DNA of 64,000 nt, taken from Candidatus Heimdallarchaeota archaeon. GTDB lineage: Archaea > Asgardarchaeota > Heimdallarchaeia > Hodarchaeales > Hodarchaeaceae. Location of the stretch: contig RDOB01000002.1 in NCBI GenBank assembly GCA_011364965.1, forward strand, positions 545,849 through 609,848. Reading direction: 5' to 3'. Below the pieces are notes generated by a model that made no database searches, was not told the origin of the DNA, and saw only the letters and a program-made list of their open reading frames with translations. Positions 37,186 to 45,484 of this stretch are shown piece after piece (position 1 is the stretch's first letter; the number at the start of each line of letters is the position of its first letter). Both the position numbers and the translations under genes were made by a program.

Positions 37186-38127
37186 TTATTTATTGAATAA
37201 AGTTAAATATCCATAAGTATCAAACAGATCAGGTAGATTCCTAATTGAATCTTGTTCCCAGATTCTGCGTCTCTCATTTTTTATTACTAAGGCTTCTCTA
37301 AAGTGAAGATTCTCCTTTAAGGTTTTTACTTTGTCTAAAATGCTAATATTATCTCCAGGAGAGTGAAAAAATTTTGATAATTTATAAAATGTAATTAAAA
37401 CCACAGGAATTTGAAAAATTTCTATAATATGTTGAACTGTTTTGATAATCGATGTTTTATATGCATTGAACTCCAAAGATTCCCTCTTTGGCCGATTTGC
37501 AAAGATTTGATTATATTCAACGAAATCTCCTAAATTAATACGCAATATATCAAATTTCAAAGGTGCAAAATCAATTAATGATCGAACTGATCCTACGGCA
37601 ATTGTATTCTTTGTGATGGGAATGATTGGTTGGGTGTATAATTCAAACTGCGGCGGCAAAGTTACAGATTTTGACTCAAATCCACTTTCGTCTAAGGATG
37701 CATGATAATGTACATCCGAGCTAAAGATTGCAATTGGATCAAACTTCGAGACACTAGAACCTTTAATTATCGAATATCTTAATTTTGGGATCTCAGTGAA
37801 ATCTAGTCTTGTTCCCACAACAGATAAATCTAATTGCTTTGAAAGTGGAAAATAAAAAGGAGCATTATTAAGTGCAGTGGAACCGTCAACGACAAAAAGA
37901 GTCTTTAAGGTGCAGGATTTGCTATAAACTTCTAGGTCGTCTGCATCTTCATCCTCATCTACCTTATCAGTTATCTTTCTAGCAATAATTGAATATCTTG
38001 GAATCCCAAGAAATTCTCGGTATAATTTTTGGGAATGTGTTCTAAAAAAAAGATAGTCTGGAAAGGATAATAGCCCTATTCTGGGAGTTACGATTATATT
38101 TTGATTTCGAAGAAAAATCTCAAGCAT
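37186..38127 (-). CDS. Hypothetical protein
   Basis: 313-aa ORF; no recognised motif. Confidence 0.65.
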   Translation of the reverse strand: MLEIFLRNQNIIVTPRIGLLSFPDYLFFRTHSQKLYREFLGIPRYSIIARKITDKVDEDEDADDLEVYSKSCTLKTLFVVDGSTALNNAPFYFPLSKQLDLSVVGTRLDFTEIPKLRYSIIKGSSVSKFDPIAIFSSDVHYHASLDESGFESKSVTLPPQFELYTQPIIPITKNTIAVGSVRSLIDFAPLKFDILRINLGDFVEYNQIFANRPKRESLEFNAYKTSIIKTVQHIIEIFQIPVVLITFYKLSKFFHSPGDNISILDKVKTLKENLHFREALVIKNERRRIWEQDSIRNLPDLFDTYGYLTLFNK

Positions 38128-38239
38128 GAATTATTCATAGCAACAAGCAGGTATTAATTTGTTGCGTATAATTATTAGTAACACATACATAGATTTCTTA
38201 ATTAAAGATAAAATAAAGAGATCACCCAGCTGATATGTT

Positions 38240-39241
38240 ATGGAATTTCAATACGATTTAGAGCTTAATAAGATTGAAAGTATGATCAAGAATAAAAACA
38301 TTAAGCGAATTCTAATTCAAATGCCTGAAGGGATGTTAGATACTCCCTTAAAATCTATTATAACTAAATTTTCTGATTCTAATATTGAAATTTTTCTTGC
38401 TGGCGATGCTAGCTATGGAATATGTGATATAGCAATAGAGAAAGCCAAATTTCTTGACTGTGATCTATTGATTCATTTTGGTCATACAGATTTTGCGTTC
38501 GCTGATCGGATTCATTCGACAGTAGAAGGGATTAATATATTGATTATCCCCGCTTTGGTAACTTTTAACATTTCAAGCTCGCTTAATAATATCAAGAATA
38601 AGCTAGATGAATTAAGGTGGAGAAAAGTAATTATTACAGCTACTGCTCAACACTTAAACAATTTAAAAGAGTTAAAAACCTTCCTAGAAAAACAAAAGAT
38701 AATAGTTTCTAATGAGACTCAAATAATAGGCTGTCACATAGGTTCATTACGAACGCCAACTCAAAATGATGGAATTATCTCCTTACATGCTGGGGAATTC
38801 CATACTCGGGGATTATTACTAAATTCCTCAATACCAGTGCTTCAAGTTAACCCTTATACCTCTAATATCAGCTATTATTCATCTGATGAACGAGAAAGGA
38901 TAATCAAACAAAGACTTAATGTAATTACCAAAGTAAAATCCGCTCAATATTGGGGAATAATTTCTAGTTCAAAAATTGGTCAATATAACCCCACAAATAT
39001 AGAAAGTATAAGACAGAAGTTATCAAATGCAAAAAAGAGGCATCTTATAGTAATTGCTGAAAATATTGATACTCAAGTTTTATTTAATATGACTTGGGTT
39101 GATGCGTGGGTGAATACAGCATGCCCCCGGTTAATCGACGATCAAGAGCGTTTTTTTAAGCCTATAATAACCTTTAAAGAATTTCTATATTTATTTGGAG
39201 ACGTTACTTGGGAAAATTTGCTTGAAAAGGGGTTTATATAG
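38240..39241 (+). CDS. dph2: Diphthamide biosynthesis 2-(3-amino-3-carboxypropyl)histidine synthase (Dph1/Dph2 family)
   Basis: QMPEG, YGICD, HFGH, QIIGC, KIGQ, TACPRL (all three Fe-S Cys present). Confidence 0.9.
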   Translation: MEFQYDLELNKIESMIKNKNIKRILIQMPEGMLDTPLKSIITKFSDSNIEIFLAGDASYGICDIAIEKAKFLDCDLLIHFGHTDFAFADRIHSTVEGINILIIPALVTFNISSSLNNIKNKLDELRWRKVIITATAQHLNNLKELKTFLEKQKIIVSNETQIIGCHIGSLRTPTQNDGIISLHAGEFHTRGLLLNSSIPVLQVNPYTSNISYYSSDERERIIKQRLNVITKVKSAQYWGIISSSKIGQYNPTNIESIRQKLSNAKKRHLIVIAENIDTQVLFNMTWVDAWVNTACPRLIDDQERFFKPIITFKEFLYLFGDVTWENLLEKGFI

Positions 39242-39363
39242 TATCAAACGGCATTCTTCATTATTTATTCGAATTCTTTCTCTAGTTTACCTTAAGAATT
39301 AGTCAAGGATATTTTATTTATTGTAAGATAGATTAAACTCGTTTATGCAGGAAGTCATAATTA

Positions 39364-40314
39364 TTGACTCGGGAACAATCCGATGAGATTTCGTATGAAA
39401 AGGTGACTTCCGGGCCAATTACAACTGGTAAATCATCAATTAAAGGGAGTAATCTGGTTGTTGTTCTTGCAGATGAAGGTGGATTACCAGTTTATACAAG
39501 ATCAATTCATATTGACAAATCAGGTTATATTCATGAAAGAGAAAACGAAACATTTGATCCAAAAAATGAAAGCGTAGTTTTGATATCTGGGCTAATTGAA
39601 GCCATTATGCAATTAAAAGAAATCGTTCGGCCAACATTAATTGATATCACTCTTGATAAAGAATCAGATAAACCAATATATGTGGATTATGCAAAAGCTC
39701 CTGACGGAATTTCCCTCCTCTCCTTATCAACTTCACCTGAGTTTCAACAGCTTCCAATTAACTTGCTTAAGTATTATACTCCTCTTAGAGGAGAATTTGA
39801 CAAATCCATAGCAAATTGGAACGAGAGATTTGTAGAAATTGTTGAAGATCCTATTAATGAAGATGCTGCCATCTACTGGAGAATTTTATCACAAATTAAG
39901 CGAGAATTATCTGAATTTGTTTCATTTATCTTGGTTTATGATCCAGATGGTAATTATCTTTTTTCAACCGCACGAAATCAGGAACGAGGAAGCCTACCGG
40001 ATCCATTATTGGATTCGATTTCTAAATATATAAAACAAGAATATCTTCTTCGGAAATATCGGAATAATGTTTCCCTGATTGGAGCAAAGCGCTTACGTGA
40101 TTCTGTTATATGGCATTTCAAATGTTTTGACAAAATTTTTGTATTCTTCACTTATCGTGTTCCTGACCTTCATACTTTCTCTACTTTACAATCTGAAATG
40201 ATTACTTTTATTTCTAATAACTTGGAGCGATTCATTGAAACAGCTAACGTTCATTCCCTTTCAAGTAGTATTAAAAAGAACTTTAATTCTACTAGGTTTA
40301 TTTTTCTATCCTGA
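39364..40314 (+). CDS. Putative tandem longin/roadblock-like domain protein
   Basis: VVLADEGGLPVYTR..VLISGLIEAI and FILVYDPDGNYLFS repeats of the beta-beta-helix pattern. Confidence 0.55.
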   Translation: MTREQSDEISYEKVTSGPITTGKSSIKGSNLVVVLADEGGLPVYTRSIHIDKSGYIHERENETFDPKNESVVLISGLIEAIMQLKEIVRPTLIDITLDKESDKPIYVDYAKAPDGISLLSLSTSPEFQQLPINLLKYYTPLRGEFDKSIANWNERFVEIVEDPINEDAAIYWRILSQIKRELSEFVSFILVYDPDGNYLFSTARNQERGSLPDPLLDSISKYIKQEYLLRKYRNNVSLIGAKRLRDSVIWHFKCFDKIFVFFTYRVPDLHTFSTLQSEMITFISNNLERFIETANVHSLSSSIKKNFNSTRFIFLS

Positions 40315-40408
40315 TTGGGTAAAATCAGCTTTCTAAAAGATTTTAATAGTATTTTATGTAGGAAAGTCCTTAAGCAGGTTAAATCCCTTAGTTTTTTAAT
40401 TGATAAAA

Positions 40409-41176
40409 ATGTCAGAATCAGATAAATCCCCAATATTAGAAGCAGCAAAATCAAGTAGATCAGCATGTAGATTATGTCATCAAAAAATAATGAAGGGAGA
40501 GTATCGAATAGGTATCCCTTACGACTTTACCACTTCTGATGGTAATATAGTGACTTCTTATCGTTATCACCATCCAAAATGCGTTCCAGTTAGAAATATC
40601 GACTTGGTAACAAAATTAATTAAAAATAACACCACAATTGAATCAGCTATCAAAGAATTAATATTTAAAGAACTAGATGAAGCGAAAAAGGCGCAAAAAG
40701 ACAGATCATCTTCTCCTTACATTGAGGAATCTAAGAGTTCAAGAAGTACATGTCGACTTTGTGAAGAAAAAATTCAAAAAGAGACATACCGCGTTGCAGA
40801 ACCAGAACAAGTGGAATTGGAGGATGGAAGGTCTTTTTCTTCACATAAATATTTCCATATAAACTGCTATTTAGACCATCAGAAAAATCCGAAGGAAATT
40901 TTTGATAAACTTACACAAGTTTCCATAAACAGAAATATTTTTACAAGATCTGAAGCTGCGCTTTTAGAAAAGAAGTTAGATCAAATTTTATCATCAGATA
41001 AATTGAGTTCAGATATTCTATCAATGATTTCAGATAAACCTATTGATTTAGATCAGTTAAAGCACCGTGCACAAGAATTGGGAGTTTCTAATGAAACATT
41101 AATGAAAAGTATCGAAAGAGGTTTGCTTCAGGGAATTTATTTTGAACCTTCACCAGGAAAAATTCAAAAATTATAA
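40409..41176 (+). CDS. Tandem PARP-type zinc finger protein with C-terminal winged helix
   Basis: EAAKSSRSACRLC..RIG..HPKC and EESKSSRSTCRLC..RVA..HINC; C-terminus GIYFEPSPGKI. Confidence 0.85.
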   Translation: MSESDKSPILEAAKSSRSACRLCHQKIMKGEYRIGIPYDFTTSDGNIVTSYRYHHPKCVPVRNIDLVTKLIKNNTTIESAIKELIFKELDEAKKAQKDRSSSPYIEESKSSRSTCRLCEEKIQKETYRVAEPEQVELEDGRSFSSHKYFHINCYLDHQKNPKEIFDKLTQVSINRNIFTRSEAALLEKKLDQILSSDKLSSDILSMISDKPIDLDQLKHRAQELGVSNETLMKSIERGLLQGIYFEPSPGKIQKL

Positions 41177-41180
41177 TTTT

Positions 41181-41741
41181 CTACTTTGAACTGTAATTAG
41201 TCGATTCTCTAGCGTGTTTTGTCTGGATTCGTTTAAAAATAATCGGGATTAGAGTTAGAGCGGAATTTTCATTCTGAAAAACGTGTACAATTAAGTCTGC
41301 AGCGAGAGCATAATCTTCTAGGCACACATGGGTTGATAAATTAATTTGTTGCTGTAATTCAAACAATTTTTGAAAAACTACAGTAATTTCTCGCAATTTA
41401 GTTCTAAAAAAAGAATGAATACATTTAGTTATCAATACAGAGATTAAATTTTCATATTCCTCAATTAAAACTTTCTTCTCCCCTAGATCAATTAATTTAA
41501 GTGAAACAGATGAATCTACAACTTCTTTCATCATTTTCGACATTGCAGTGAATCCCATCCCTATTAGCTGATTTTCAATTGCTGATATTTCTCCGATTTG
41601 AAAATAATGAGAGAAAAGACAAATTCCATCTAAGCTTCTTATGATATACAAAGCGATAATATCATTTTTCCAGTTTTCTGGAGTTTTAACGGGGTTTTTT
41701 ACCCTTTTCCTTGTTTTAAAAGAGTACTTCAGATTCTGCAT
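41181..41741 (-). CDS. Longin-like domain protein
   Basis: ALYIIRSLDGICLFSHYF..QLIGMGFTAMSKMMKEV..LIDLGEKKVLIE..ISVLI. Confidence 0.65.
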   Translation of the reverse strand: MQNLKYSFKTRKRVKNPVKTPENWKNDIIALYIIRSLDGICLFSHYFQIGEISAIENQLIGMGFTAMSKMMKEVVDSSVSLKLIDLGEKKVLIEEYENLISVLITKCIHSFFRTKLREITVVFQKLFELQQQINLSTHVCLEDYALAADLIVHVFQNENSALTLIPIIFKRIQTKHARESTNYSSK

Positions 41742-41859
41742 TATTTTTCAATTATTTTAACATAAAACCTTTATAACCACCAGAAAACTCCCAGAAAATT
41801 CAAATAGTCATTTATGTAATGATTTATAGGATGGAGTATAATTCGTAAATGCATAACCT

Positions 41860-42462
41860 TTATAGAATCTCTAGTATAGCTTGGTGAATAACCGTCGCAA
41901 TTTGTTTATACCCTTGTATGGATAGATGAACTCCGTCCCCTGAATTAAAGCTTCGATTTAAATAACCATTTTCCTTTAAAGCAGTATGAATATCAACAGG
42001 GATATAATTGCTGGTCATTTTTAAATTCATTATATTGTTGTTAATCTCCATCAGCTGATCAAAAGTATCGCTCCAATTCATAGGAGGTATAGTTAATAAG
42101 AAAAATTTTATATTCAGGTCATGAATGGTCTTTAAAGCTTCTTCCATATTTTTCCATATTTTATCAACACTATAACCCATTGCTATATCATTCGCTCCCC
42201 CGCAATAGATTATCATATGATATCTTCTATTTGATACAAGTCCCTTAAGTCTAAGAGTAATTTCTTTTGTTGTTTGCCCACAGATACCTTTATTATCAAT
42301 TTCAAATCTTATATTAGGATATGAAGAATTCAATAACTCACTTAACCAGTATTGATATGAACTTTTAGGATTTCCTCCGTACAACGGATCATATAGAGGA
42401 AACCCCGCGGTATGAGAGTCTCCAATACACAATATTGAATATAAAGTAATCATAGGTTTCAC
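41860..42462 (-). CDS. SGNH/GDSL esterase-lipase
   Basis: GDSHT, NKGICG, GANDI, DGVH. Confidence 0.9.
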   Translation of the reverse strand: MKPMITLYSILCIGDSHTAGFPLYDPLYGGNPKSSYQYWLSELLNSSYPNIRFEIDNKGICGQTTKEITLRLKGLVSNRRYHMIIYCGGANDIAMGYSVDKIWKNMEEALKTIHDLNIKFFLLTIPPMNWSDTFDQLMEINNNIMNLKMTSNYIPVDIHTALKENGYLNRSFNSGDGVHLSIQGYKQIATVIHQAILEIL

Positions 42463-42466
42463 AGTT

Positions 42467-43249
42467 TTAGTTTTGCGGAGAATCCAGAATATTTAATATT
42501 GTATTTATGTCAATTTTCTTGAATTCGATTTTCTGAGAATATATTAAAGCACCTAGAAGAACTCCAGCATATAAGGCCACATTAAAATACACCATCCAAT
42601 CAAGGAGATTCCAAGTTACGATATCAAGGGAGAAAGCTGGAATTCCTTTGAACAACAACCACAAAAAGACGCTAATAAAAGTGAAAATAAGACAGCTTCC
42701 TCCAACGATAAATAAGCGCTGAGTTAATATTAATAAGCTGAGTTCTTCTCCATCAAAGTTACCAAGAACCATATTGATTCGATTGTAAGCCATTATGAAA
42801 AGATAGAAGACAGCAAAAATCGAAATAATATATATTCCTGCTTCGATTCTTAAAGGGTTGATTATTAGATATACTTCTGGATTTAGCGCGTTAAAAAGTG
42901 AAATTCCTATAGCTGCACCGAATATAGGAAGAACATATCGTTCTAATGCGTTTGTACGATTCATAAATGCTGAGAGATAAGAATTCCCGATTTCGAGGAA
43001 TAGAAACCAAACAACAATATTAACAATGAATATGAGAGATAATTGGGTGGTTGAGGGAGAGAACCACGCAATAAGGAATAAAGAAAAGATCCCACCTGAA
43101 GAGAGGAAAACAAGAGCAATATGAAATAAAGTTGCTTCAGCTTCTTGTCTATACAATCTGAAGAACGAAAGGAAATTCAAAAATGATAATATTGTAGTGA
43201 TGAATAAAGGAATAGAAAGAAAGAGGGTTTCAATTAATCCCATTGTCAT
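42467..43249 (-). CDS. Seven-TM membrane protein of unknown function
   Basis: Seven hydrophobic segments; start overlaps the upstream stop (ATGA). Confidence 0.7.
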   Translation of the reverse strand: MTMGLIETLFLSIPLFITTILSFLNFLSFFRLYRQEAEATLFHIALVFLSSGGIFSLFLIAWFSPSTTQLSLIFIVNIVVWFLFLEIGNSYLSAFMNRTNALERYVLPIFGAAIGISLFNALNPEVYLIINPLRIEAGIYIISIFAVFYLFIMAYNRINMVLGNFDGEELSLLILTQRLFIVGGSCLIFTFISVFLWLLFKGIPAFSLDIVTWNLLDWMVYFNVALYAGVLLGALIYSQKIEFKKIDINTILNILDSPQN

Positions 43250-43449
43250 TCACCTCCGTTTACATCTCGTTCTAACCCGAGCTCGTAATAAATTCGAGAC
43301 GCATACTCTTTCGACCAATCATCGGTTTTATCTTCTAGAACTTTAGCTGCTAACACTGAAAGCTTTAGGTTCAATATTTTAGCATTTCTTTCAAGTATCT
43401 CTTGAGTATTTTTGTTGATTCGGATAGAAATTACACGAGTTCGAGCCAT
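43246..43449 (-). CDS. Ribbon-helix-helix DNA-binding protein
   Basis: MARTRVISIRINKNTQEILERNAKILNLKLSVLAAKVL; SD AGGTGA before ATG at 43449. Confidence 0.7.
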   Translation of the reverse strand: MARTRVISIRINKNTQEILERNAKILNLKLSVLAAKVLEDKTDDWSKEYASRIYYELGLERDVNGGE

Positions 43450-43575
43450 ACCAGTCACCTGATCTAATATAAATGCTGATGTAAACACTGTAACTTATTG
43501 TAAGCACAAGAATATGAATATATCTTTTAAATATCTCTTCGTAGGTTTTCTTCCCTTAAAGGAGATTTAAATTCA

Positions 43576-44541
43576 GTGGTCGACCAGAATATAAACCTCT
43601 ATACCCCAAAGACTTCCTCACAGATGTCTCAACGCAGTAAATTACTCATTTGGATTCAAGCTATTAGAGCACCATTCTTCACTGCAAGTATAATACCTCT
43701 ACTCCTTGGTTTGGCTCTTGCATGGTATGAAACCAATATCTTTGATCCATTGTTAGGATCTCTAGTTTTAATTGCAGGAGTTGCGGTTCATGCAGGTACA
43801 AACTTGCTAAATGATTATTTCGACCAAGAAACTGATCAAATGAACAATTTCTACTCTCCTTTCAACGGAGGATCCCGAATGATTCAAAACGAGGTCATTC
43901 CTCCTCATAAGATTCTCTTTGCTGCAATTGGATCCTATTTCATAGCTTTCGTGACAGTTCTAGGAATAATTGTTTTAACCCGAGGTATTTTCCTTGTTTT
44001 CCTTTTATTTATTGCTATAGCTTTAGGGGTTTTTTACACTGCGATCCCCGTTAAATTAAGTTATAGAGGATTAGGAGAATTTGCTGTATTTGTGGGATTT
44101 GGACCTCTCGGTGTCATCAGTGCATATTATATACAAACTAATATTCTAAATCTCTCCACTGCAATAATTGTTTCTATACCTATAGCTTTTCTAATCGCAA
44201 TGGTATTATTCCTAAATGAATTCCAAGATTTCGACGCTGATAGTCAAACTGGCAAAAAAACCATGGTTGTTCTTATTGGGAAGGAAAATGCAGTAAAAAT
44301 TTACGTATTAGGTATAATTTTTTCTTATTTAGCTCTCTTCATTTCAATTCTAATATCAGCTCTACCTTATCAAACTATGTTAATGTTCTTATCATTTCCA
44401 TTGTCTATTAAGGCAATCCAAATAATTAAAGAAAATTGGAATGAAATCAACGAGCTTTTACCTGCTAATAAATTAACTATCATGATACATCTATTATCAG
44501 GTTTACTTCTCTCCCTCTCGCTAATTCTTGCGAATTGGTAA
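43576..44541 (+). CDS. menA: 1,4-dihydroxy-2-naphthoate prenyltransferase (UbiA family)
   Basis: RAPFFTAS, NDYFD, GGSR, YRGLGE, NEFQDFDAD..GKKT. Confidence 0.88.
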   Translation: MVDQNINLYTPKTSSQMSQRSKLLIWIQAIRAPFFTASIIPLLLGLALAWYETNIFDPLLGSLVLIAGVAVHAGTNLLNDYFDQETDQMNNFYSPFNGGSRMIQNEVIPPHKILFAAIGSYFIAFVTVLGIIVLTRGIFLVFLLFIAIALGVFYTAIPVKLSYRGLGEFAVFVGFGPLGVISAYYIQTNILNLSTAIIVSIPIAFLIAMVLFLNEFQDFDADSQTGKKTMVVLIGKENAVKIYVLGIIFSYLALFISILISALPYQTMLMFLSFPLSIKAIQIIKENWNEINELLPANKLTIMIHLLSGLLLSLSLILANW

Positions 44542-44544
44542 ATT

Positions 44545-45294
44545 TTACCAATCAAAATGAGAAATCAAATCAGGGAGCTCAATTAGGTCACAGATTTCTA
44601 GATTTGGTTTTAATGAATCAGGAAGTCTGTGTCGTCGATTTTGAAAAAAACCAGTCTTCAAATTTGCCTCTTTAGCTCCAATAATATCAGTTTTTGGATT
44701 GTCTCCGATATGCAAGATTTCTTGAGGATTATCAATACTTAATTCTCGCATAGATGCATCAAAGATGAGACTATGGGGTTTTAAAAACCCTATTTCATTG
44801 GAAAAGACCATCGAATCAAATATCGATTGAAAACCAAGATTAATTATAACAAATTCACGAAATGCATCTCCAGATGAAAAAAGTGTGTTCACAATTAAGC
44901 CCAGCTTAAATCCCTCTCTTTTCAGATGTTCCAAAACTGCGTATGATCCTTCCCGAGGGGCTAGTTGCAAATTAAAAATCGAATCATTGAATAATTGTTC
45001 TATCATTATTCTTGTAGCATATTCTGGAACTAGTGAGAGATTTGTGAGTAATAAGTGGGTAATCCTGGCAATTCCATAATCGAAGCAGCGGTTCTCCCGT
45101 TCAAATTCGATTGTAGAGAACGTAGACTCGACAGCTTTGTCAAATTGAGGACGAGTGATATCATATTTTTCAACCAATAACTCAAATATCCTATATTCAC
45201 GCCTTTCTTTTTCAAATAATAAAACTTCAGGTTGAGGAATAGATGTTAAAACTCCAATCATGTCAAATGTGATAGCACTCATGAGAGATCTCAC
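44545..45294 (-). CDS. HAD-superfamily hydrolase
   Basis: FDMIGVL, KPHSLIF, HIGDNPKTDIIGA. Confidence 0.88.
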   Translation of the reverse strand: MRSLMSAITFDMIGVLTSIPQPEVLLFEKERREYRIFELLVEKYDITRPQFDKAVESTFSTIEFERENRCFDYGIARITHLLLTNLSLVPEYATRIMIEQLFNDSIFNLQLAPREGSYAVLEHLKREGFKLGLIVNTLFSSGDAFREFVIINLGFQSIFDSMVFSNEIGFLKPHSLIFDASMRELSIDNPQEILHIGDNPKTDIIGAKEANLKTGFFQNRRHRLPDSLKPNLEICDLIELPDLISHFDW

Positions 45295-45484
45295 TTTACA
45301 AAGTTTAAGGTCATATTCTTCTTCTTTGTTTATAACCTTTATTCGCTAGATGCCATTTTTTGATAAATCATTAATAAAGCTTTTATCAGCAAGGGAATTG
45401 AGTAATGAGTAAGACCGTTCTTCAATAATTCTTTTCAAATAAGTTGGAAATCCCATAACACTCATGAAACTAAGGGTGATACAT

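Noticed and set aside
38161-38182. dif-like site (GTTGCGTATAA resembles a XerC arm)
   Set aside because: The imperfect palindrome has no 6-bp spacer or proper second arm; a promoter or operator element between divergent genes is more likely.
42467-43249. Rhodopsin or heliorhodopsin
   Set aside because: There is no retinal-binding Lys in TM7 and no rhodopsin motifs.
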